From a virus: a stretch of DNA of 64,000 nt. This document shows positions 38,403 through 46,963 of this stretch, piece after piece. The number at the start of each line of letters is the position of its first letter. The stretch's first letter is position 1. A program made the translations under genes and the position numbers. Location: the IMG/VR virus record IMGVR_UViG_3300037493_006316, positions 22,224-86,223 of that record. The stretch is one strand, 5' to 3'. Below the pieces are notes generated by a model. It was not told where the DNA came from. It made no database searches and saw only the letters and a list, made by a program, of their open reading frames with translations.

Positions 38403-39453
38403 GGATGGGCTCCTGCGGCGCGGGCGCCGCCTTGGGGGTGACGGGCGCCGGGGGCGTGGCCCTGATGGCGTCGGTCGACGGGCGGATGGCCTCGGCCAGC
38501 TCAAGCAGCGCCGAGCCGCGCCAAAGTCGGATGATGGGGTCCCAGGTGCGCGCCGCCAGCACGATCTGCGCGTCACCGCGAGGCCGATAGGCGCCGCTGA
38601 GCACCTCTTCGGGGTGCGCGCCGGCGCGGATCAGCTCTTCCATCGCCCGCAGCACGGCGGCCAGATCGGCAGGCGCGTAGCAGACGAGGCCCGGGCCGTT
38701 GCAGTAGACGCTCTGCACCTCGACGCGCCCGTCGCTGATGGGCGCGAGGTAGGCGCAGTGCTTCTGGCCGTCGCCCATGCTGAGCGACCAGGGCGCCGCC
38801 GGGGGGTTGAGCAGCACGCCGCGGATGACCTCGCGGTCGGCCGGGCGCTGAGCCTTGAGTGCGTGCCAAGCGCCGTCGATGACCAGGTGGTCGTAGTTGC
38901 GGAACTTGCCCACCATGGCCGCGCCGACGTCGGCCTCATCCAGCGTCGCCAGCAGCGGCAGCTCGGGCGGCATCGTCGACAGGTCGCCGCCGGCGGCCGC
39001 TGCTCGAGCCGCAAGCCAGGCCGCCTCAAGCGGCGCGCCGCGCTTGCCCTGTGGCGGCCGCGCGAAGACGTAGACCGTCGAGCCGGGCCCGCGGCAGATG
39101 GATGCCTTCGCGCCGCGGTCGCCGCCGAGGCTCAGCGAGACCTTGCCGTCGCCGTCGAGAGCCGCCTGCAACTGCGGCGCCCAGACCGCGCGCGGCAGGC
39201 TCACCCAGTCGGACAGCGACCACCCGCAGGCGTGGCAGAGGAACGCGCTGTCGAGGATGGCGGGCCCGCGCGGGATTGTCGCGTGGAAGCTGTCTGGCAG
39301 CGTCGAGATCGGCCGGCCGGAGCCGCCCAGGTCAACGCCGCACCACCAACACCCGGCGCCTTGCGGCGCGGGCTCGGCCTGCTCTGCGGTGGGGCGACCG
39401 GCGGCGCGCCACATGAGCGCGACGCCGGTCCTGGGGCTGGTCGAGGGCTTCAT
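38275..39453 (-). CDS. csf1: type IV CRISPR large subunit Cas8-like (Csf1)
   Basis: CWWCG...LCHAC Zn finger, FRNYDHLV..GAWH, LLNPPAAPW, GDGQKH; C-terminal QLSLFG. Confidence 0.8.
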   Translation of the reverse strand: MKPSTSPRTGVALMWRAAGRPTAEQAEPAPQGAGCWWCGVDLGGSGRPISTLPDSFHATIPRGPAILDSAFLCHACGWSLSDWVSLPRAVWAPQLQAALDGDGKVSLSLGGDRGAKASICRGPGSTVYVFARPPQGKRGAPLEAAWLAARAAAAGGDLSTMPPELPLLATLDEADVGAAMVGKFRNYDHLVIDGAWHALKAQRPADREVIRGVLLNPPAAPWSLSMGDGQKHCAYLAPISDGRVEVQSVYCNGPGLVCYAPADLAAVLRAMEELIRAGAHPEEVLSGAYRPRGDAQIVLAARTWDPIIRLWRGSALLELAEAIRPSTDAIRATPPAPVTPKAAPAPQEPIHDRAADPGAGVPQAPERARESDAPAARPRADGPARRQLSLFG

Positions 39454-39468
39454 GCCCTCTGCGTAATC

Positions 39469-40758
39469 TCAGGCCCCGGAGGGTGCAACGAGAGACCAGT
39501 CCGCCGGGCCCGCCTTCGGCCCGGCCTCCCACCGGATCTTGTCCTGCCGGGCCAGCGCCGGATCGCCCACCACGCCCGCGCGGGCGCCGCCCGGGTCGCG
39601 GCCGGGGATCTTCGCGACGGGGCGCAGGCCCTTGTCGGCGAGAGCCTTGTAGGTCGCGCCCTCCTCGCTGCTCAGGCTGTAGGTCACCAGCTTGCTGGGC
39701 ACCGCACGCGCAGCGAGCTGCCAGACGTCGAGCACCCGGGCGACCAGCTTGCTGGCCGCGCCCTTGACCGTGCCGTCGGTCGCCACCCGGGTCAGCTCCA
39801 CGACGCCGTGCGGGTCCGCGTACCGCGCCGTCGGGGCGTTGCAGACCGCAACACCCACAAGCCGAGCGCCACGGGCGACCCCGATGCAGAACAGCAGCCC
39901 GCGCGGGTTCGCCTCGGGCAGTGCGCTATGGTGCCGCTGCACGAAGTCGAAGGCGTCGCGCTTGCTCACCGGAACCAAGCGCAGTTCGGCGTCATCGCTG
40001 AGACTGTCGACCAGCACGGCCAGGGCCGCCCACTCCGGGAGCTCGAAGCCGTCGCCGATGGTCTTGCCGCCGCGGCCCGCGCCACCCACGCGCCACCGCC
40101 AGTCGGGCTCGTGTCGGCCCCAGACGTGAAGCGCCAAGCAGGTGACCAGCACCGCCAGATCAGCTTGCTCAACCGCGCTCAGCTCGCGGCCCGCTGCGTC
40201 CTGACCGGGCACGCCGACCAGCTCGGCCAGGGTCCACGCGTCGGGCTCTTCATAGGGGTCGTCGGGGTCGTCGAGGTCGTCGACCTGCCCCATCTCGCGG
40301 TCCCACGCCCACTTCATCTCGGGCTCGTTCATCATCGCGTGCGCCAGCGACAACATCGCCGAGGCCATGCCGAACGCGCGCACGTCGGCGTCGGGCAGCG
40401 GACGGAACGCCCGCGTCCCGGGCACGGGCTCAGCTACCGCGCCGAAGCGGTCATGCAGCGTGACGGGGGCGGCCTGGAACATCGTGGCCTGGGCGCCGAC
40501 GGCGCCGCGGAAGCGCTCGGCGTCCCCCATGGCCTCGACGTCGGACGCGAACCGCCCCTCGATCACCCCGTCGCGCCGCAGCTCGTAGCGGAGCGCAGCC
40601 TTGACGAGGTCCACATCAAGCCGGTTAGCCACAGCCACCACGAACGACGCGCCGTGGCGCCGGACCGTCCAGGTGCCGTCTTCCTGTCGCCGCCAGGGGT
40701 CGTCGCGCAGGCCGTCGAGCTTGGCCTCGCGGGGCAGGATGTGCAGGCGCATGGTCAC
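39469..40758 (-). CDS. Mom/XF1762-like GNAT DNA-modification protein with unknown N-terminal domain
   Basis: DAFDFVQRHHS, FCIGV, LVGVAVCNAPTAR, VELTRVATDG, AASKL, LVTYSLSSEEGATYKA, KIRWE. Confidence 0.75.
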   Translation of the reverse strand: MTMRLHILPREAKLDGLRDDPWRRQEDGTWTVRRHGASFVVAVANRLDVDLVKAALRYELRRDGVIEGRFASDVEAMGDAERFRGAVGAQATMFQAAPVTLHDRFGAVAEPVPGTRAFRPLPDADVRAFGMASAMLSLAHAMMNEPEMKWAWDREMGQVDDLDDPDDPYEEPDAWTLAELVGVPGQDAAGRELSAVEQADLAVLVTCLALHVWGRHEPDWRWRVGGAGRGGKTIGDGFELPEWAALAVLVDSLSDDAELRLVPVSKRDAFDFVQRHHSALPEANPRGLLFCIGVARGARLVGVAVCNAPTARYADPHGVVELTRVATDGTVKGAASKLVARVLDVWQLAARAVPSKLVTYSLSSEEGATYKALADKGLRPVAKIPGRDPGGARAGVVGDPALARQDKIRWEAGPKAGPADWSLVAPSGA

Positions 40759-41345
40759 CGCCGAGGCCGGGTTGCGCGGAGGGCGCCCTCCATCGCCGCG
40801 GCCTGTTTGAGGACCTCGTCATAGCGCGCTGGGTCGTGCGATACCACGCGCTGCAGCGCGCTCATCGCCTCGTCGTAGGCGCGAAGCATGGCCGCGGGCG
40901 GCATTTCGCCGCGCTCGATCAGCGGCATCATCTCGGCGCGCCGCAGCTCGACGGCGGCCGCCGCCTCGACGTCGTCGCACAGAGCCACCGGCGGCGCGAA
41001 GGCTGCCAGCGAGAGCTGCGCCGACCCGACGCGCACCGGCTCGCAGCCGTCTGGGCGCGGCTCGAGCGCCAGCTGCTCGCCCTTCGGCTCACCCGTGCCG
41101 GCCGGCGGCGCCGGCGGCAGGCGCCGCTCTGTGGGCACCCGGCCGTGCGGCCGCACCGTCACCGCGCCAGCCTCCGTGCGCCGGACGTGACCCCGCACAG
41201 GCACGCCGGGCGCCTTGGGGATGGGCAGCAGCGCCAGCGGGCGCCCAGGGCCCGCCACGCGCACTGCGGCGCCCTCCAGGCCCTGGGGCGTCGCCGGCGC
41301 CGTCGCGGCAGATTCCGCCTTGCGCAGCACGAGGCGGGCCTGCAT
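40755..41345 (-). CDS. probable internal head protein
   Basis: N-terminal LVLRKA; basic VRGHVRRT..G.VTVRPHGR motif; TGATG coupling. Confidence 0.5.
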   Translation of the reverse strand: MQARLVLRKAESAATAPATPQGLEGAAVRVAGPGRPLALLPIPKAPGVPVRGHVRRTEAGAVTVRPHGRVPTERRLPPAPPAGTGEPKGEQLALEPRPDGCEPVRVGSAQLSLAAFAPPVALCDDVEAAAAVELRRAEMMPLIERGEMPPAAMLRAYDEAMSALQRVVSHDPARYDEVLKQAAAMEGALRATRPRR

Positions 41346-43438
41346 CAGTCCTCCACGGTGGCGTAGCCGTAGGCGGCGAACGCGCTCACGCTGCGGTCGG
41401 GAATGGCTTCGACGGCAGCCCACTGCTGCTCGGCGACCTCGACAACGCGAGCGAACTCGGCCTGCGCCGGGGTGTTCTGGTACGTGTCGCCCGTGGCGAG
41501 GATCACCAAGCGGATCTGCTCGCCGCCCACCTCGAGCTTGTCGTTCAGTCCCAGCGAGGCCTTGGTCCCAAACACCTTCCGCGCATGCGCGGTCGGCTCG
41601 TCGGCGCCGAACACCCTGTCGAGCACGTCGCGCGTCGGGCACTCGCCGACCCGCATGGTCAGCGTGCGCGTCGCCGGGCTCCAGTCCATGCCCACGAGGT
41701 GACCCTGCAGGCCCCCGGGCTCGGGCTGCACCCACCCGTCGGACTCGGCCGAGGCCCAGGCGTCGGCAGCAGCCGCCTGCGGGCGGCAGTCCTTGAGCCC
41801 CCGCGCCGCGCCGGCCAGGCGCCGGGCCAGCCGCACGGCCAGGGTCTCACCCTGCTTGCTCGGGCCCAGGAAGCGCAGCCGCGCGATGCAGTCCCGGGCG
41901 GTCTCGGCCGCGGCGAGGTCCTCCATCGCCTTCGTCGCCCACAGGTGCGTGGCGCCCTCCATGCGGAAGGCGGACGCCACAGGGTCGCCGGCCTCGATGT
42001 CGAGCCGGGCGTGGCCCTCGATCCAGGCCGCCGGAACCGACACGGGCTCGTCGCCCAGCAGGGCGCTCACCGCCTCGCGCATGGCCCAGGACGCGGCGCA
42101 CTGCGCGCGCCAGAGGTTCGCGCTGGCCCGGGGGTGCAGGGCATCGTCGAGCGCGCCGGCGCGGGTCGCCGGCAGGGTGTAGGCCATGTCGTGGCTCACC
42201 CAGGCGATGAGCGCCGCGGCGCGCGGGCCGGCGGCGATCTCCATTGCGTCGAGAATGGCCGCAAGGTGCATCATCCCGGCGTGAATGTGCCGCGCACCGC
42301 GGTCGGCCTGCCGCGCGCGCCAGGCTTCGACCTCCTGGTGGAGGATCTTCTGCGCAACGTCGGCGATGATGACCGCCGCAGTGATCGGCGCCACCTGCGC
42401 CATAGCCAGGGCCCGCGCGACCTCGGTCACCGCCTTGGTCGCCCGCCCCGCGTTGGTCTGGTCGATCCAGCCCGCGGTCACCGCCTCTGCGAAGTAGCGG
42501 CCGGCTTGGCTGGCGATGGAGTACCCGGGCTCAATCTCGATGGGGTAGCGGCGCGCCATCTCGGCTTGCACCACGGTCCAGTCGGCCGCGGCGTCCACCC
42601 GCTCGGCCGGGCCCATGGTGGCCCACCCGGGCGGCAGCTTGAACGGGGCATCGGCGAACTCCAACCCGTCGCCCCACGTCGCCGCCGACACCGACTCGGA
42701 CGTGCTCACCGACTCAGAGCTGTCGTCGTCGTCGCCGAGCTCCTCGCCCACCTGCGCCCACTGGTAGGTGCCGTGGGCGGCCTTGACGGACTGGCCGCCG
42801 ACGTCGACCGTCAGGCCCATGCCGCCGACACCGGTGATCGTGCCGGCGCGCTGCTTGCCGTCGACCATGACGAGCACCGTCTCGCCCTGGGCCTTGGCCA
42901 GGCGCTCGGCGATGGCGCTCGGGCGGTCCAGGCGCGGGATCGTGCCCCCGGCGCGCAGCAGGTTGGCCAGCTCTTCGGCCGGCCACGCGGTCAGGCCGTG
43001 GAAGAACCCGCCGGCCGTGTAGGCGCTGCGGTAGAGCGCCTCGGCGTCGGCCGCGCTGGCCACCCCGATCACGACCTTGTCTTCGTCGATGGCCTGCGTT
43101 CCGGGGTGCTTCTGGTGCACCACGAAGGCCATCGGAGCTCCGAGGTCCGGCCCGACGAAGACGTCGACCGGATCGCCGTCGAGCGCGCTAATGGTGCCGG
43201 CCACCTCGCCGTAGTGCGCGGGCATCGTCACCCGCCAGCCGGGGCCGCTGCGGTCCTCGCCCTCGGCCGTCTCGATCAGCAGGGTCAGACCGCGCCAGAG
43301 CAGTGAGCCGACGTAGGGGTGCTCTTCGCGCCCGGGCGTCGGCGCCGGGGGCGGGAGCAGGACCGGGCTCTTGCGTGCGCCGCGGCTGTCGGCGAGCCGC
43401 TGCACCGCGCTTGGATCGAACACGTTGCGGCCCCTCAT
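41345..43438 (-). CDS. polyvalent protein: inorganic-pyrophosphatase-like domain plus HD-like domain
   Basis: HYGEVAGTISALDGDPVDVFVGP...VVHQ...DEDKVVIG; later DRGARHIH, SHDMAY, HPRASA. Confidence 0.7.
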   Translation of the reverse strand: MRGRNVFDPSAVQRLADSRGARKSPVLLPPPAPTPGREEHPYVGSLLWRGLTLLIETAEGEDRSGPGWRVTMPAHYGEVAGTISALDGDPVDVFVGPDLGAPMAFVVHQKHPGTQAIDEDKVVIGVASAADAEALYRSAYTAGGFFHGLTAWPAEELANLLRAGGTIPRLDRPSAIAERLAKAQGETVLVMVDGKQRAGTITGVGGMGLTVDVGGQSVKAAHGTYQWAQVGEELGDDDDSSESVSTSESVSAATWGDGLEFADAPFKLPPGWATMGPAERVDAAADWTVVQAEMARRYPIEIEPGYSIASQAGRYFAEAVTAGWIDQTNAGRATKAVTEVARALAMAQVAPITAAVIIADVAQKILHQEVEAWRARQADRGARHIHAGMMHLAAILDAMEIAAGPRAAALIAWVSHDMAYTLPATRAGALDDALHPRASANLWRAQCAASWAMREAVSALLGDEPVSVPAAWIEGHARLDIEAGDPVASAFRMEGATHLWATKAMEDLAAAETARDCIARLRFLGPSKQGETLAVRLARRLAGAARGLKDCRPQAAAADAWASAESDGWVQPEPGGLQGHLVGMDWSPATRTLTMRVGECPTRDVLDRVFGADEPTAHARKVFGTKASLGLNDKLEVGGEQIRLVILATGDTYQNTPAQAEFARVVEVAEQQWAAVEAIPDRSVSAFAAYGYATVED

Positions 43439-44745
43439 GCGGCCTTCCGTGCGGTCTTGAGTTGACCGACCTTGGCGATCAGCGCGCGGGCCGGAGCGAG
43501 GCCGGACAGCACGCGGGCGAGCTCGTCGGTGCCGTCACGCAAGGCCAGGGCCAAGTCTGCAGCCAGCACCAGCAGCGACTTGCCCGACGCAAGCGGGATC
43601 TGCAGCACACCCAGGCCCGTGCCGTTCTCGCGCCAGTAGGCCAGCGTGTCGCCGACCCGCACCTGTTGGGCGGGGGTGGCCACGGGGGCGAGGGTGGACT
43701 TGGCGAGGCGTTGGGTGATGGGAATGATGAGGCGAGCCTTGAAGAGGGGCGCCTGGGCCCCGGGGGGTGGGCCGCCCTGGCCGCCGCGCTTGGCCGGCTT
43801 GCGCGCCGACAGGTGATCCACCCGCTCTTGAACCGCCTTGGCGTCGTCGGGCGCGGGCGGCTCGTGCTTCAGGTTTTCGCTGTAGGCGTTTTCGATGAAG
43901 CCGCCGATCTTGGCGTGCTCGTGCCGCGGGTACGTGTCGATGACGGCAGACTCAGCTCGCGAGGCAGCCGTTTCAGCCTTGCGGCGCGCGTCCTGCCAGC
44001 GCTTGTGGTTGGCGGGGGTTTGCTCGGCCGCCTCGAACATCTTGTCGACGTGCTTGACGCGCTCCCAAGACTGATGCAGTTGCAGCACGGCGCGCTCTGT
44101 CAGCTCCGGATCAGAGGATCCTGCCGGAATTGCGCGGCCGCGCAGCGGGTAGCCCTTAGTTGGGGTCGGCGACTTTGGGTCGCGCGGCTCGGCGGCCTCC
44201 GCCTTGTGCTCCCGCGTGTTCTTCGCCTCCCCGCCTGCCCCAGGCTTGAGCTTGCCCAACTCCTGCCCGTTGAGCTTGCCACCCGCCCCGCCGATGATCT
44301 TGGCCCCGCCCCCGGCGGTCGACTCGATCAGCAGCGGGATGCCGCGCGAGCCGGGCCCGTTGGGGTGCCCCGTGATCCAGCGGCGGGCCTTTGCGAGGTC
44401 CCCAACGCTGCCCTCCAACGTGCCGCGCCACGTGCGCGCCGAGGCGATGAGCCCGCCGAGGTAGGCCGCGCCGTCGCCGTTGCCGCGCGACAGGACCGCC
44501 GCCACAGCGTCAAGCTCTGACAGCGGCACTTCCTGCGAGCCCACGGCGGACAGCGCGAGCGCGCGCCGCCACGTCGCCAAGTGCGGCCGGGCCTCGGGCG
44601 CGAACGCGGCCTCGGCCTCGGGGTCAGGCTCGGCCAGGGCCTCGACGGACAGCGCCAGCACCTGCGCCTCTTCCTCGCGGAGCGGGCGCACCTCGCCGAA
44701 GCCGTCGTCGATGTGCGGCACGCCGCCGCGGAGGAAGATCAGCAT
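43435..44745 (-). CDS. probable internal head protein
   Basis: DLAKARRWITGHPNG..SRGIPLLI...IIGGAGGKLNG motif known from head-associated phage proteins; several LxK[AS]. Confidence 0.55.
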   Translation of the reverse strand: MLIFLRGGVPHIDDGFGEVRPLREEEAQVLALSVEALAEPDPEAEAAFAPEARPHLATWRRALALSAVGSQEVPLSELDAVAAVLSRGNGDGAAYLGGLIASARTWRGTLEGSVGDLAKARRWITGHPNGPGSRGIPLLIESTAGGGAKIIGGAGGKLNGQELGKLKPGAGGEAKNTREHKAEAAEPRDPKSPTPTKGYPLRGRAIPAGSSDPELTERAVLQLHQSWERVKHVDKMFEAAEQTPANHKRWQDARRKAETAASRAESAVIDTYPRHEHAKIGGFIENAYSENLKHEPPAPDDAKAVQERVDHLSARKPAKRGGQGGPPPGAQAPLFKARLIIPITQRLAKSTLAPVATPAQQVRVGDTLAYWRENGTGLGVLQIPLASGKSLLVLAADLALALRDGTDELARVLSGLAPARALIAKVGQLKTARKAA

Positions 44746-44752
44746 GGGAACC

Positions 44753-45112
44753 TCAGCTCAGGTCAGAGGCGGAGCGGCCGTCAACGAACCAGGCCACCTC
44801 GGCATCGGCGCCGGGGTCGGTGTCGACGGTGATGGTCAGGTTGCCGGAGCCGTCCCACACGGCCCACACGCCGGTCGCGCTGCCGGGGGAGCCGTTGAAC
44901 GACACCAGCGCCGGCTTGGCGTCGTAGGCGGCGCCGACCGCGACGACTTCGGTGGTGGTGCCGTTCGCGATGGTCGCCACGCCGGACTTCAGCTTGCTCA
45001 GCTGGTTGAGGCGGGCGCCGAGCTTGACGAGCTCAGCGCGCAGGCCCATCGGCGAGCCGGGGCCGTGGTCGAGCTCTTGCACAAGCGAGGTGGAAAGGGC
45101 GGTGGTGCTCAT
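44753..45112 (-). CDS. virion structural protein
   Basis: GGAGG RBS; SGVATIANGTTT...LTITVD..PG.DAEVAWFV beta-rich. Confidence 0.6.
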   Translation of the reverse strand: MSTTALSTSLVQELDHGPGSPMGLRAELVKLGARLNQLSKLKSGVATIANGTTTEVVAVGAAYDAKPALVSFNGSPGSATGVWAVWDGSGNLTITVDTDPGADAEVAWFVDGRSASDLS

Positions 45113-45136
45113 GGTGGCCTCCAGGCCAGGGGGTGA

Positions 45137-45517
45137 TCAGGAACCGACGCGGACAGCCCAGATCTCGATCCGCGCCGCGTTGCTGCCGTTGCCAGACATC
45201 AGCACGTTGCCGGACGCCAGTGCGGCGGTGTCGGCATCTTGGCCGGCCAGCGTGAACATGCGCAGGCCAGCCATCGCCGTCTCGCCGGAGCGCAGCTTCA
45301 TGCTGAAGGGGTAGTCCTTGCTGACGATGATCAGCGAGGTGCAGGCGGGCAGGGCGTGGACCTCGTCAGAGGCCGCCGCGCCCAGGGTGAAGGCGTCGAC
45401 CAGCGTGCCGCCGGTGCCGGACAGGATGGCGGTCAGGTCGATCTCGCCCACAGGGTCGGCGCCCGGGGCGTCGCGGCGGTAGGCGATGAGGCGGATCTCG
45501 GCGGTGTCGGTGGACAT
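45137..45517 (-). CDS. virion structural protein (hypothetical)
   Basis: AGGAG RBS; beta-rich; in head region. Confidence 0.55.
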   Translation of the reverse strand: MSTDTAEIRLIAYRRDAPGADPVGEIDLTAILSGTGGTLVDAFTLGAAASDEVHALPACTSLIIVSKDYPFSMKLRSGETAMAGLRMFTLAGQDADTAALASGNVLMSGNGSNAARIEIWAVRVGS

Positions 45518-45527
45518 GCAGGGGCTC

Positions 45528-46751
45528 CTATCGGCGCAGGCGGGCCATCGTGCTCTGCACCGCCGCCGCGATCTCGGGGCGGTAGAGCTGCAGCGGGCCC
45601 TCAGTGCAGTTGGGGTGGGTTGGTCCGATGGTCGGGCCCCACTGTGACCGGGGCTTGCCGAAGTTGCCGCCAGCGAAGGACGCGCCCTCGACGTCGGTCA
45701 GCTTGTAGAGCTTGGGCGCTGTGTGCGGGCCCCAGATGCGCATGCAGTCCGAGCACGCGGTCGGCTGCGTGAGCTTGAACACCTGCTGCTCTTCGGGGGG
45801 CAGCTCGGCCGCCTCCAGGCGCTCACGGAGCGAGGCGTGCGCGCCGTGCGCATGCGCGAAAGACAGCTCAGTGCGCGCAATCCGGTCGACGTCGTTGATC
45901 AGCGTCGGGTTGCCCTCGAGCGCGTCGTGGATCTTGGCGCCCAGCGTGCGCCAGCCCTCGCCCGCGCGGATCTGCGCCTCGACGGCGTCGCGGATCTTCT
46001 TCTCCTCGCTCGGGAACAGGCGCCGCAGGTCACCGCTGGCGTCGACCACTTCGCCCAGCACGGCGCCGGTCGCGGTCGCCACCGGGCGCCGAATGTAGAT
46101 CGCGCCCCGCTGCTGGATGTAGGCCAGCGCGCGCTTGTCGCGGGTCGTCAGCGGGACCTCGACAAGCTCTCGCACCACCCGGGCCAGCTGGGGCTCAGGC
46201 TGGGCCTCATCGCCGGGCAGGGGCGGGGCCACGGGGGCATCAGCGGCCGAGGCGATCTGGTCCCACCGCTTGCCGGCCTTGTAGGCGAGCGTGATGGCCG
46301 ACCGCTCAGCGAGCGCCGCGGGATCGCCGCCGATGGCGCCGCTGGCCTTGGCTGCTTCAAGCTCGGCCGGAGTGGGCAGCACCCCGAACAGCCGCAGGCG
46401 CAAGCTCACCCGGTGCGAGGCGAACAGCCGGTCCAGCTCGGCCAACTCTTCGGCGTGGAAGGGGAACAGCCGCCCGCGGTCCACGAGCTTGCGGACCTCC
46501 TCCACCAAGGCGTCGCCGTACTCCTCCCACGACCGCCGCGCGAGCTTCAGCAAGGCCTTGAGCTCGGGGAAGCGCGGGTCGAAGGGCGCGGGCAGGGCCC
46601 GCACGGCCAGGGCCAGCACAGGCCCGTCGAGCTGCAGCCGGTCGCCCACCGCCTCGAAGACCTCGGGCAGCCCGCACGGGTCCAGGCCGCCGAGCACCTC
46701 GGCGACCTGAGCGGCCAGCGCAGCCGGGTCGTGGTGGGCGTGACAGCTCAA
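45528..46751 (-). CDS. head morphogenesis protein (MuF / SPP1 gp7-like)
   Basis: DRIARTELSFAH..G, ACSDC, GPTHPNC; TTGA overlap with upstream stop. Confidence 0.75.
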   Translation of the reverse strand: MSCHAHHDPAALAAQVAEVLGGLDPCGLPEVFEAVGDRLQLDGPVLALAVRALPAPFDPRFPELKALLKLARRSWEEYGDALVEEVRKLVDRGRLFPFHAEELAELDRLFASHRVSLRLRLFGVLPTPAELEAAKASGAIGGDPAALAERSAITLAYKAGKRWDQIASAADAPVAPPLPGDEAQPEPQLARVVRELVEVPLTTRDKRALAYIQQRGAIYIRRPVATATGAVLGEVVDASGDLRRLFPSEEKKIRDAVEAQIRAGEGWRTLGAKIHDALEGNPTLINDVDRIARTELSFAHAHGAHASLRERLEAAELPPEEQQVFKLTQPTACSDCMRIWGPHTAPKLYKLTDVEGASFAGGNFGKPRSQWGPTIGPTHPNCTEGPLQLYRPEIAAAVQSTMARLRR

Positions 46752-46963
46752 GGGGCGTCCTCGAGCTGCCCGGCGGCGTTGGCGGACGTCAGGACCTCCG
46801 CCATCGCGTCGGCGGCGGCAGCCTTGGCGGCGGCCTGGGCCACAGCGTCGGCGCCACCCAGCACGCGGGCACGCGCCGGGGACATGCGGACGACGACGGA
46901 GACTTGCTCGTCGAGCTTGTTCTTCGGGTCGTTCCACTCGAAGGCGACGTTGTAGTCCGACAT
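46748..46963 (-). CDS. small hypothetical protein
   Basis: TGATG coupling, high GC3. Confidence 0.55.
   Translation of the reverse strand: MSDYNVAFEWNDPKNKLDEQVSVVVRMSPARARVLGGADAVAQAAAKAAAADAMAEVLTSANAAGQLEDAP

Noticed and set aside
34290-39470. CRISPR array next to the csf genes
   Set aside because: Genes abut or overlap and the few gaps are short (under ~110 bp) with no repeat-spacer periodicity; a degenerate mini-array elsewhere cannot be excluded by eye
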